DNA from: Octopus sinensis
Lineage: Eukaryota
Assembly (NCBI RefSeq): GCF_006345805.1
Contig: NC_043004.1
Span: forward strand, 32,178,001-32,242,000
Direction of reading: 5' to 3'
DNA length: 64,000 bases
How positions within the stretch are numbered: the first letter of the stretch is position 1; each line of letters begins with the position of its first letter. Below are positions 49,825-62,149 of the stretch, piece after piece. The translations under genes were made by a program, and so were the position numbers. The notes beneath the pieces were generated by a model. That model searched no databases, was not told the origin of the DNA, and saw only the letters and a program-made list of their open reading frames with translations.

Positions 49825-50335
49825 CAGGTTGAATAAAGCTTTTTTTAGATTTTCACTAATAATTTATGGCATCTTGGATCTCAATGTTACATCATTGATT
49901 TGATACAATTTGTTGTCCAGTTGTTGTCGAATTATTTATTCTTTACTCTACAGCTTTGATAATGAGTGGCGAAAAAATTGCAATTAGAGCCACTTTACAC
50001 TACCTATAGAAAAAAAGGACAAAGTTTAAGGACAGCAGCAAAAAGAAATTAATCATGTGGAAGGTCCAGGAACTGTCAATGAACATGTGACACAAAACTG
50101 GTTCAGATGTTTCAAGGAAGGTAACACCAGCCTCGATGATAAACCAAGGTTAAGGAAACATTCTGTTGTGGAAGATAAGGCCTTGCTTGAAATGAGTGAC
50201 AACAGCCAAGTACAAACACTCGTACATTGTCAGCAGATTTTGGTCCTTCACAAAACACTATCAATCGGCACCTCCATAAGCTCAGACTTGTGAACAGACA
50301 CTGTCAAGAAGCTCCTCGTGAATTGTCCAATGACT
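49825..50335 (+). mobile_element. mariner-like transposon, 5' fragment
   Basis: Encodes MSGEKIAIRA...AAKEINHVEGPGTVNEHVTQNWFRCFKEGNTSLDDKPR, the HTH region of a mariner transposase. Confidence 0.85.
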
Positions 50336-50520
50336 GACTCAACAATTATTTTCTTCTTTTTTTTGTTTCAGTCCTTTTGACTGTGGCCATGCTGGAGTAC
50401 CACCTTGAAGGGTTTAGGTCAAACAAATTGACCCCAGGACTTACTATTTTAAGCCTAGTACTTATTCTACAGTCTCTTTTGCAGAACCACTAAGTTATGG
50501 GGATGTAAACACACCAACAC

Positions 50521-50946
50521 CTTTGTAATTGCAAGCAGATACAGGCACCCTTTTGGCCCTCCCTCCCTTAGACCCAGGAGAACATTTACAATGTGATATC
50601 TGGAGTGAGAGAGTATGGAGAGAGGAGGCTGCACCAATAGTTGGCTGGTAACTCACTTCAGCTGAGTAAAATTATTAATGCAATGAATAATTGTGATAAA
50701 ATATTTAAAATAAAAACGATTTTTTTCTAACTACCAGTGGGGCATACATTTTTCTGGAAAGTTATAGTGGAGCCTGGGGAAAAATAAGATGGGAAACACT
50801 GCACTAAACCAAGTCCCATTTGCTACTCCACAGTTGAGTGGTTAGTAGTAATAGAAGGCATTCATTCAAATGTAAATGTTACTGTTAACACCACCACCTG
50901 GTACCTTGGGTGTGGGTAACAGAGTCCATTTAGTTACAAGCATTAA
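50521..50946 (+). repeat. 426-bp direct repeat, copy 2, inserted into a family A SINE
   Basis: The SINE (minus strand, 50350-50520) resumes at 50947 (gtgatgagggggaacaag). Confidence 0.92.
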
Positions 50947-51444
50947 GTGATGAGGGGGAACAAGACAATATAGAGATCACTGCAGCCCTCTGGTTTGTTA
51001 CATCCTGTCAACCTGTCCAACCCACATTAGCATGGAAAACAGATGTTAAACAATGATGAAGGTGATGATAATGATGATGATGAGGAGGCATCAATATTAT
51101 GATGCATGATGATGATGATGACGATACCCTTGCCTAGTGCTAACCACTCAACTACATTATCTATTGTATCCTTCTTAAGATGGTAATGTATGTTTTGAGA
51201 GAGATTTCATTTCCATGTGTTGCAGATCAAATGACCACAAAGAAGCTACTTTGTTGGCTTCTTATGTTGCTTGTTGTTTAGTCTTCACTGAGCAGACCTA
51301 TCATCAAAGGCATTCCAGACATGATTCAGATATGGCATGTGTAAGACCTAAATGTTGATAACGACATAGAAGAAATTACATAAAGCAGCAGCAGCAGCAG
51401 TAGTAGTGAGACAAATGAAAGGAATCAGTAGTGGAAATGCTTAC

Positions 51445-51540
51445 CTGCCGTTTTGGTGGTTTCAGTTCATCTCGGGGAACAATGTCAATCAGGAAATCAA
51501 ACTGGTCAAATTTGGTAATAGCCATTGCAATATCATTTCG
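51445..51540 (-). CDS. NFYC: NF-YC coding exon 4 (96 bp)
   Basis: Encodes [32 protein letters not shown] (alphaC region). GTAAGC donor. Confidence 0.98.
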
Positions 51541-51814
51541 CTGTGGATGATAAATGAAAATCAAAAACTATGTGAATATACTACCCATATATGGGCATAG
51601 CTGTGTGGTTAAAAAGCTTGTTTCCCGACCATGCTATATTTGATTCCTCTTATGCCTAATTTTTCTCTAAATACATTTGCACTTTGCCATACATCCAACA
51701 GAGCAAACTACCTTCATTTCTCTTGTTTCAATTGCCATTAGATACTAGTGACACATCCTATAGATGTGGAGATAATTTTAATAAATCATGAATTTATGTT
51801 GTATAGCTTCTCTT

Positions 51815-52325
51815 TGCTGATGACTTTGCTCTTATAGCTGAGTCACTATCAGAACTAGAGAAGTTTCAGGTGTGGAAGCAAGGTCTAGAATTGAAGGACC
51901 TTACAGTCAAGCTAGCAAAAACCAAGGTTTTAATAAGTAGGAAGGCAGACAAACCACAAATCCTTTCAGGTAGATGGCCCTGCTTGATCTGTAGAAAAGG
52001 CGTAGGTAGAAACTCTATAAGATGTACCCAGTGTAAGCTATGGATACATATGAGGTGCAGCAATATCAAAGGAAGGCTAACTGGGAAGATAGTTTTTGTG
52101 TGTGGTAAATGCTCAGGAGCAATAAACACTGAAAATGTGTAGAAAACAGCTTCCATCACATTCCAGGGGAAAAAACTACAAGTAGTTGATAGCTTCCATT
52201 ATCTAGGTGACCAAGTCAGTAGCGGGGGTGGATGCTCTGAAAGTGTAGCTGCTAGAATAAGAATAGCCTGGGCAAAGTTCAGAGAACTCCTACTTCTGCT
52301 GGTGGCAAAGGGCATCTCGCTCCGA
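51815..52325 (+). mobile_element. RTE-clade LINE internal fragment
   Basis: Encodes FADDFALIAES...CLICRKGVGRNSIRCTQCKLW...AKFRELLLLL. Confidence 0.92.
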
Positions 52326-52473
52326 GTAATGTTAGAGATGTGTGCATGTGTATACATATGTACATGAGTGTGTGTACACATATATATGTGTATGTATATA
52401 TCTGTGTTTGTTGTCATATGTTTACATACTGATACTATTTGAGCAAAAATGGTGACATCTGTTTACATCTCAT

Positions 52474-52716
52474 TTAACCCTTTCATTACCATACTTCTTT
52501 TGGAAGTATGGTGACAAGAACATTGCTCTTGTTTCAGTTTATTTTGAAAATAATGAAAAATTTAATAACTTACTTTTTTCCTTATTAAGCTGGTGTTTGA
52601 AGCATAAATTAACATGAAATTATGGTGGAAGGCTTTAATTTAGATCACTTTAAAACAGGCACCTTACATTATACAACTGGGGATGGCCATGGGCGGATTA
52701 CTATCATAAGGGTTAA
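52474..52716 (+). mobile_element. piggyBac-like MITE
   Basis: TTAA|CCCTTTCATTACCA ... ATCATAAGGG|TTAA. A diverged relative lies at 56113-56306. Confidence 0.8.
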
Positions 52717-53531
52717 GCAATATGATTTGGCGGTTTTGCTATGTAAAGACTAGTAGAATAAAAATACCTTACTTGAAAGACAAGGATTGGTGACAGGAAT
52801 GGCCATAGAATACTGGCAATAAGAATTGTCCTACCAAACAGCTGTATGGAGATCTCCAGCCTGTTTCCACCATTATAAAGGAAATGTGCTTGCATTTTGC
52901 ATGACATTGCTGGTGAGCTAAACAAGAGCTGGTAGTTCCTAATTTAATTATTTTCAACAGTTGTTTCATTAGGAATAAACATCATTAATTCCATAATTAT
53001 AATCATGCAATTATGGAGTTAATGATGTTTATTCTTAATGAAATAACAGTTGGAAGTAATTAAATTAGGAAGTATCTGTGAAACATGCTTTTCTGTCTTT
53101 AATTTTAAAAATACCTTAAGGAGTGTTTTAGCTGATTATGTATATACATGCAAGTTTTTTTTTCACATAGATTTACTGTAATGTTATAATGTGTTGGAGT
53201 TTAAGGACCTAACATTTAATCTCTAAATTACTGTGGATAAATGTTTTGATGTTTTATATATCAAGAGTTTATATATATATATATATATCTATCTATTTGA
53301 CTAATATAAGCACAATGAGATACCTTTATCTACAGGCTGAAACAGCTGTAAGATCCATTTTATATGTAATATTTTTATGGTATTATCTTACTTATTGATG
53401 TATATTGTTTTATTCTGTTGGATTTGATGTTCCTATTTAATTAGTTAATAAATTATATGAATTGGTATTATCTGTAAGTTGATGATTGAAAAGAATCTGT
53501 TCCTCTATTTTCTTATTTGTATTATATATAT

Positions 53532-53575
<44 letters not shown>

Positions 53576-53671
53576 TATATACACACGTACATATGCATAT
53601 ATGTGTATACACACACACAAATGCACATCCTCTATTGTAAATATGTGTGTGTGTGTGTGCTTGTAACTTAC

Positions 53672-53785
53672 TTGTAATGTCCTCCGTTTGTTATCTTCTG
53701 TGTGTATCCATGCTCTCAAAGAAAGTTCACTGATGAATATTTCTGCAGCCTTAGCAAAGAGGACGGGTGCTTCAGCACTGATCAT
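53672..53785 (-). CDS. NFYC: NF-YC coding exon 3 (114 bp)
   Basis: Encodes [38 protein letters not shown], the NF-YC histone-fold core. GTAAGT donor. Confidence 0.98.
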
Positions 53786-54927
53786 CTGAGAATAAAGCCA
53801 GCAGCATAAATAAGCAATGGAAACATAAATGGAAAAAAACAAAAAAGAAACAATAAAAACAAATGTAGTGATAAATATGTTCCTTCATTTCTTTAGTATT
53901 GACACAATTTTTAGCTAATAAAGATTTTTAAATTAGGTACATGACCTAAGATTTAGCTATATGGGCAAAGTTGACTTAATAAAAATCAGTAATTGATGTT
54001 TATTAAGTCAAATTTATTTTACTGAACCCCAAAAAGACAACAGGTAAAGCTGACTTTAGCAGGATTTAAACTCAGAACATAAAGAGATGTAAATGAATGC
54101 CACGAAATATTTTATCTGCTACCTATTACCTTTATTAATATAATATCAATAATGATTTCTATCCACAAGGCCACAAATTTTGGAAGAAAGTAAAAATCAA
54201 TTTATTTTTGCATTTAAGGTCTTGACCCTCAATACTACAAATTGTTGCTCTCTCTCTCTCTCACTTACTATTGGGATGCTGATCCAAGTACAACTATTGA
54301 CATTAAGGAAATAGGAATTTGATGCAGTGTACATAATGGAAACCATTAGTTCACAAGATTTGTAGTGGAAAGCTGACACAGAAGACTTTATATACTGCAG
54401 ATACTCAAGAATAATTAGCAGGGAGAAAACAAAAAATAATTTGAATGCATGAAGAGTTTTCTTAAAAGTAACTGATAGCTTCTGTCATCTAGATGACATT
54501 ATTAGCAGTTGGTTCTGCTAATAGGGTGTTCTGAAAGCATAGAAGACAGAATAAGAACTGAGTCAAAATGTCCAGGGAGTTATTACTTCTGCAACAAAGG
54601 AATTCTCAGTCCAAGTGAAGTGCAATATTTTATGGTGGCAAATCATGAATACTGGCTGTAGATGTGTAAAGACTAGAAAAACATGAAGCAAGCACACATA
54701 CCACTGGCTATCTAATGTTCATACAACATTGATACTTTAGCTTATCAACCACAGAATGATAAAATACAAATATCACTCATCCAGATTTGAACTCATACCA
54801 CCAGAAAATGTGTCTGATACTCTACAAATTTTTTCATTCACAGCCAAATAATAATAATTTTTTCTTGGAAAACAATAACTGTGACTATGACTGACAACAA
54901 AAAAGATTGTGATTATGTTGAACTAAC

Positions 54928-54999
54928 TTTAACATCTTCATCAAGTTTCATTATTTTCTTTATCCTTGCCAGAGGAAGTTCTTGACTTTTGAATTCATT
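54928..54999 (-). CDS. NFYC: NF-YC coding exon 2 (72 bp)
   Basis: Encodes NEFKSQELPLARIKKIMKLDEDVK, the start of the histone fold. AG/GT boundaries, phase 0. Confidence 0.97.
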
Positions 55000-55713
55000 C
55001 TAGGAAAGAAAAACAAAATCATTAGAAAGAAAGATAGGGGTTAAAAGAAAATGCTTCAGTCCATAAAAAATGAATTTATATTCTAGCATTCAAACAAACT
55101 AAACTCTAGCATTGTTTAATCCCTTAAAGTTTTCCCTTAACTCTCTCATTCTCATATAAGATTTAAGTTGATTGACTTGCAGGTTGCCTTATTCACCTAC
55201 AGCTAAATCCCAGAGACTCAACACACATGTCTGACCTGACAATAACTGAAAACAACCTTGTTGTGTTCCCATAGTAGGCCTTAGGCTACACAAGAACACC
55301 ATCACTACCATCACCACTACAACTGCTGTATCTGAAATAGCAGCAAAATTTGCCTCAAATCTTAAGCACATTAAGTCTTCCACTCAAATATGTTGTTGTT
55401 GCTGTTAAGCTCTTGGCCAACTGTAATTAAATAGACCTATATAATTAAAGACATTCTAGCAGTGCCCATCCTATCTTTTTTCACTAGAGTGTGCATCAGT
55501 ATGTGGTTTACTTCTTTAACCCTTGGAACCCAAGAATATGTTTTAACAGGCCCAATTTCATTTGACTACATCCTTAGAAGATGCAAAAGTGGGTGATCAC
55601 ATTGTTTTGTATTTACAGCTGAAAACAAAGATGCTTTTAGTAATTAGTGAGCCATAAACATAAACCCATGCTTTGCCTCTTCCAGTGGGTATAGTCAAAT
55701 GAATTTATAACCA

Positions 55714-55932
55714 TTAACCCTTTCGTTACCAACCCGGCTCTGGCTCTGTAGTACAAATGCTTTGTTTTCATAAGTTTTGAATTAAAATCTCCCACCAAAC
55801 CTTAGTCACAATTTATGTTCTTAACACTAGCTTAATGATAACTAAGTTATTTTACTAAATTCTTTGTTATATTTAAAATAACTGAAAGAAACATAGAGCA
55901 TCTCAAAATAAATATGGTAACAAAAGAGTTAA
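55714..55932 (-). mobile_element. piggyBac-like MITE
   Basis: Reverse complement of 17929-18148 with TTAA at both ends. Confidence 0.88.
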
Positions 55933-57426
55933 AGCATACTTGTGGTTTCACAGAGATAAGACAATGGAATATGATTTGAGGGAAACTTGATTGCTATTTC
56001 TGGAAGGTCAAACAATAACACATATATCTGTATATTTGGTTTGGTGCCGCATAGTACTGAGTGTAGATGTGCAGAGGCTAGAGATAACATCCTGACACAG
56101 TACAGAAGACCATATAACCCCTTTGTTATCATATTTCCATTGAAATACACTTTTGTGTCAGTTGATTTTGACAATAATGAAGAATTTGTCAAAATAACTG
56201 TTGTTATTAAACTATAGTTTGACAATTTTGATGGATGGTTTTAATCAATATCATTTCAAAACAGAACCAGAGGCAGTCTCAGGTAGATTGGTATCGAAAA
56301 GGTTAAAACTTGATGATGATGCACATGTACACAAAATTTTACCCAACTGTAATAGGATGTCACTGAAAAGAAGTGTGATATTCACACATGAGATCAAAAG
56401 TTTTGAAGGAGGGGGGTCTACTTGATATCATTGACCCCAGTATTTGACTAGTATTTTATTTTATTGAACACAGAGGGATGAAAGGTGGTGCTGAACTCAG
56501 AATGTGAAGAGTTGGAACAAATACTGCAAAGCATCTTCGCCAACACTCTTATGATTCTATTAATCTACCAGCATTAAAATATAAATTCTTTCTACTAGAG
56601 GCACTAGGCCAGTAGTTTTGGTGGAAAAATATTTAATTACATTGACCCCAGTGCTTGACTGGTACTTATTCAGCCAGCATGCTACCTTAATGGTTTCTCA
56701 TTTAGGTATAAGACAAGAGTTTTAAGGGAGGTGGGTTGTCAATACCACTGACTCAAATAAGAGACTGGTACTTTTTTTTTATACCCACCAGAGAGATGAA
56801 AGTCCTAAATTGATCTTGGAAGGTTTTGGTCTAAGAACAAAACTAATCAGAACACATACACAAAGCATTTTGTCCAATGCTCTAAAGATTCAACTTATCT
56901 TCCTACTAAATTGATATAATAACACTTCCTTTCAACAATCTATTTCTATGTATGTAAACATAGGCAGAGAATGGCTATGCAGTTAAGAAGTTCACTTGGC
57001 AGCCATGTGATTCTGGGTTCAACTTTACATTTAATAAACACACACACATACACACGTGGGCATGCACAAGTTCACACATGCACACACAAGTTATCATAGC
57101 AAAATTCTGTTTCAGAATGACAGACAATTCCATCTATTTTTCCCACCTACTATTTCTAAGAGGGGTCATGGAGGTAGAATCCTCAGCACTTCCTCCATAG
57201 GGTCCTATCAGAAGCAACATCCTTCTGGTTGGATTCCCAAGCATGACCAACTGAGACCAAGGATATTATCTGACCATGACAGAGGATTAATGACCATAAA
57301 AGTTATCAACACTCACTAATTAATCAGTATTTATCACAATGTATCAGATACACAAATATATTTTCACAAATATAAGTTTAAGAAAAAGAAAAACTACAAC
57401 AATGTCAAAAAACACATGCCCATCAC

Positions 57427-57552
57427 CTGTGTCATCTTTTTGATCCCTTCTAAACTATGGGGCCAAAATGTCTGTAACATTGTAGTGGCTTCATTTGAAA
57501 TTCCTGAAGTTGCACCTCCCGTAGGTTGGTAGACAGGATCATTTCCTGACAT
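57427..57552 (-). CDS. NFYC: NF-YC first coding exon (126 coding bp; exon starts at 57559)
   Basis: Encodes MSGNDPVYQPTGGATSGISNEATTMLQTFWPHSLEGIKKMTQ, matching the LQSFWP...I motif of NF-YC. Acceptor AG at 57561-57560, 7-nt UTR, CAG|GTGATG donor. Confidence 0.9.
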
Positions 57553-57558
57553 GATTTA

Positions 57559-57601
<43 letters not shown>

Positions 57602-58149
57602 TAAATAAATATACAAAATCTGTGTCATTCATAATAAAATAATATTAATAACAACAACAATAATAATAGTTTCACATGTTGGTACACAGCTAGCAATTTT
57701 AGAGAAAGTAAGTCAAATTCATTGACCTGTATGTTACTAGTACTTATGTTATCAACCTTGAAAGAATGAAAGGAAAAGTTAATTTCAGTAATATTTGAAC
57801 TCAGAACATTAAAGACAGAAGAAATGCCACCGAGTATTTTGTCTAGCACAGTAACAGTTCTGCCAACTTGCACTTTAATAATAATAATAATAGCAGCATT
57901 GAAGATGAATGAAGCCAGCTCAACCCACCCCGAGTGAATGCTGTCTCAAGTCAAGTCAATAATAGCAATAACAACGATAACTTCTAATTGAGGCACAAGG
58001 CCAGAAATTTTGAGGAAAGGGGTTAGTCAATACCATTGACCTCAATGATATTTCAACTCAAAATGTAGAGAGCTGAAGAAGTACAGAAGGCGTTTTATCC
58101 AAGACTCTAAAGATTCAGCCAAAGTGCAAGACCTCGTGCTGCTCTGCGG

Positions 58150-58900
58150 AAGCACATTTTTCTCTAAATACTAAGGGATAATAAAGTACAAACAGGAAAC
58201 CAACTACACTGAAGAAAAAGATTTAGATAAGGATACAACAACTGAAAACTGAATAAACAAAATACAAAATTGGAGAAAAATCATTCCATGGCCAATACCA
58301 TGCAACACTCAACAGAGAAGAGGTAAGTCAGAGTGAAAGCTAACAACGGCTCAAAAACTTTGGGCTAAAAGCAGAAAATTACGGTCAGATACTAGAAGCA
58401 TGAGATTAATGGCTAGCCACAAACTACAAAAACCAGCAAAAAAAAAAAATGCTGACATCAAGTGTAGATAATGCCACTTGTACAACAAGACAGTTAAGAC
58501 AGTTGACCACATCATGTCTAGCTGCTCAGCCCTTGCCAACACTATGTATATTCACAGACACACTTTAGTCAGCAGCTATATTCACTAGACAACAAGCAGA
58601 CATTTCAATATGAAAATGGATAAGTGGTGTTGTAAATATGTAAATAACATGGTGAATGACAATGCTTTGGTCACAGTCATCTTGGAGACATCTGTCCACA
58701 CTGACAAAGAAGTCAGGATAAACTCTCAAATATCAAGGACTGGAATGATAATACCTGCAAACTGGTAAATATTGCAATCCTTAGACCAAAACATTGTCTG
58801 AAAGGATTTGGAGAAACCATCAAATATTTTTTCTCTCTAGTTGAAACCACCACAATTCTAAGGGTTAGAAGAAAGGAGGGAGAAGCATTAATGCTCTCAA
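58150..58900 (+). mobile_element. Dong/R4-like RLE LINE fragment
   Basis: Encodes GLKAE...LATNY...KCR.C...TVDHIMSSCSALA...YIHRH...SVHTDKEV. Confidence 0.78.
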
Positions 58901-59185
58901 AATTATTTAGCAAATAAAAAGGCAACAATGAAACAATAACTAAAAAAATGATGAAATATGATGAGAAAGTAATAAAAGAACTGATAATAAATATTGCAAT
59001 GAGATGACAATAAAGGAGCTAATAAAATGAAATAAAAGTTCATAAAAATATTAAAATAAAGTGCAGCGAACATCTAACAATGTACTTGCTAATTATGTAA
59101 TTAAAATTATCAAGACCATCCAAGAAAACAATGGAGAGCGAGAGAGAGGGAGGAGAAGCAGCTGTGTTTTGTACACTGAACTTGC

Positions 59186-60478
59186 ATCATCATCATCATC
59201 ATCATTTAGCGTCCGTTTTCCATGCTAGCATGGGTTGGATGGTTCAACTGGGGTCTGTGAAGCCGGAAGGCTTCATCAGGCCCAGTCAGATCTGGCAGTG
59301 TTTCTACGGCTGGATGCCCTTCCTAACGCCAACCACTCTGTGAGTGTAGTGGGTGCTTTTTACGTGCCACCTGCACAGGTGCCAGACAGAGCTGGCAAAC
59401 GGCCACGAACGGATGGTGCTTTTACGTGCCACCGGCATGGGGGCCAGGCGAGGCTGGCAACGGACACGAACGGATGGTGCTTTTACGTGCCACCGGCACA
59501 GAGGCCAGATGGGGCGGCGCCGACAACGATCGGATGGTTCGCTTAAACACAGCTGCAATTTCCACTGATGTTGATCGGCCTCAATTTTGGTTCTGCTTTC
59601 TGATATCTGATTTGATTTGGTTTGATTTTGATTTTGACTGTTCTCACTGGTCTTCTCACGCACAGCATACTTCCATAGGTCTCGGTCTCTAGTCATTTCC
59701 TTGGTGAGACCTAAAGTTCGAAGGTCGTGCTTCACCACCTCGTCCCAGGTTTTCCTGGGTCTACCTCTTCCACAGGTTCCCTCAACTGCTAGGGTGTGGA
59801 ACTTTTGCACACAACTATCTTCACCCATTCTCGTCACATGCCCATACCAGCGCAGACGTCTCTCTTGCACACCACAACTGATGCTTCTTAAGTCCAACTT
59901 TTCTCTCAAGGTACTTACACTCTGTCGATTATGAACACTAACATTACACATCCATCGGAGCATACTGGCTTCATTTCTTGCGAGCTTACGCATATCCTCA
60001 GCAGTCACAGCCCGTGTTTCACTACCATGTAGCATGGCTGTACGTACACATGCATCATACAGTCTGCCTTTTACTCTGAGCGAGAGGCCTTTTGTCACCA
60101 GCAGGGGTAAGAGCTCTCTAAACTTTGCCCAGGCTATTCTTACTCTAGCAGTTACACTTTCAGCACACCCACCCCCGCTACTGACTTGGTCACCTAGGTA
60201 GCGGAAGCTATCAACTACTTCTAGTTTTTCTCCTTGGAACGTGGTAGAAGTTGGTATCTGCACATTTTCAGTGTTTATTGCTCCTGAGCATCTGCCACAG
60301 ACAAAAACTATTTTCCTAGTTAGCCTTCCTTTGACATTGCTACACCTCTTATGTGTCCATAGCTTGCACTTGGTGCACCTTATAGAGTTTCTACCTACAC
60401 CTTTTTTACAGATCGAGCAGGGCCATCTACCTGAAGGCGTTTGTGACTTGTCTACTTTCCTACTTATTAGGACTTTGG
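59186..60478 (-). mobile_element. young RTE-clade LINE 3' portion with uninterrupted frame
   Basis: Open frame from KVLISRK through the Cys-rich insert, EVVDSFRYLG and RWYGHV to KYAVREK. 3' UTR repeats and (CAT)n tail at 59186. Confidence 0.95.
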
Positions 60479-61549
60479 GTGCATGTCTGTAAAATATCCT
60501 GGTAGCATGCTCAATTTGACAAACTGAGTTCTGATGGAAAATTTGCAACATTTGTGTGCTTTCCATGAAAGTAACTGAAAAAAAATAGCCCTACTAGCCA
60601 CAACCCTCTTCTTAGGCAAGACACTTTCTATTAACATCCTAGCTCAAACAGTACACTCTCTGTAAGCAAAGCATGCACCAAACAATCACAATACAATAAA
60701 ATATCACAGCACATACTCCTACATGACCAATATCTGACACTATAACACCAACAACTCACACATTTTACACAGCTGCTACGCATTATGCAATTGACATATT
60801 CAGACTCCACACAATCACCATCTGCTACACCTGAACTATATAACACCGATCACACACCACAGACTGACTCTATAGAAGCACCACTCAACTAAATAACACA
60901 ACTTGCATACCATGAAACAATTAAACCCAATCCTACAACAATGTAAAATTGATGTGGTATATAAAAAGATACTTCTATATTTCCATAGACAAATACTCCA
61001 GGGGAGTATATTCCATGAGTGCTAGGTGTGTGCTGCATAACCCATCGAAAATGGCAAATTCATTATAAATATTAGCCTTACTCATTGATATGATCAGAAC
61101 AGGGCAGCCTCAGTGCTCTGCCGTTTGCCCTCCCATCCCACCCCCACCACCTATACTGGAAGTCTTTATCCTCTGACCTCTACTGGAAGTTTTCCCCCGA
61201 GAACCGCTAACGGTTTACGAAACGGAATGCTTCCCCTCTCCATCTCTACCAAGAGTCTATCTCCTGCTGAATGTAATTATGTAGCAAATCAAATAATGGT
61301 GTAGAGTATGCAGGTTGAAGGCAATTGTATGTTTATAAGATCTGCGAAATGCGAGCTTTCTTTTCCGATGCATAATGCTGCTGTCACCCTCCCAGGGTCT
61401 TGCTGGTCCACACCTTCCACACCCTCAGAGTTGGCACATTGAAAGGTAGGTCTGGTGAGATTGTTGAGATGCTTGAAGGGAGACGTGTAGATGATGCTGC
61501 TTCTAAGAAGGTGGAGAGGAAGTTCTGCTAGGTTCCTCACAAGCAAAGA

Positions 61550-62075
61550 ATGCTGCACCCAGTGTAAACTAAGAACACGTAAGAGGTGCAGTGGAATCCC
61601 AGGTAGATTAATAAATAAAGTACTTCTTTTTTTTTTATATGGCAGATGTGCAGGAACAATAAGCACTAAGAGCACATGGGAATTAGATTTTCTCAAATTC
61701 CCAGGAGGCTCCCTTGAGGTTGTAGATAGTTTCTGTTACCAAGGTGACCAAATTAGCAATGGTGGAGAATGCTCTGAAAGTATTGTTTCTAGAATAAGAA
61801 TTGGATGGAGGAAGGTCAGAGAGCTATTACCTCTGCTGGCAATGAAAGGAGTGAAAGGTAGACCATATGATGCTTCTGTGCGATCGGCTATATGCCATGG
61901 TAGTGAGACATGGGCTCTGAATGCAGAAGACGTGTGGACTGGAGAAAAATGAAGGTAGTATGCTCCATTGGATGTGCAACATCAGTGCACATGTATGGCA
62001 AAGTGCAAATGTATTTTGAGAAAAGTTGGGTATAAGAGGAATCAAATGTAGCATGCAAAAGAGATTACATTCCAT
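61550..62075 (+). mobile_element. older RTE-clade LINE fragment
   Basis: Encodes CTQCKLRTRKRCSG...LEVVDSFCY.GD...WRKVRELLPLL...HGSETWAL. Confidence 0.85.
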
Positions 62076-62149
62076 CTACACGTAACAAAACTTTTTCTTC
62101 ACCCTACCCCAAGAAACCAATCTACATCTCCACATCTCTTTCTCATATT

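Noticed and set aside
59304-60566. 420-aa ORF treated as a host gene
   Set aside because: It is a truncated RTE reverse-transcriptase C-terminus read through into its 3' UTR, with a fortuitous start in flanking DNA.
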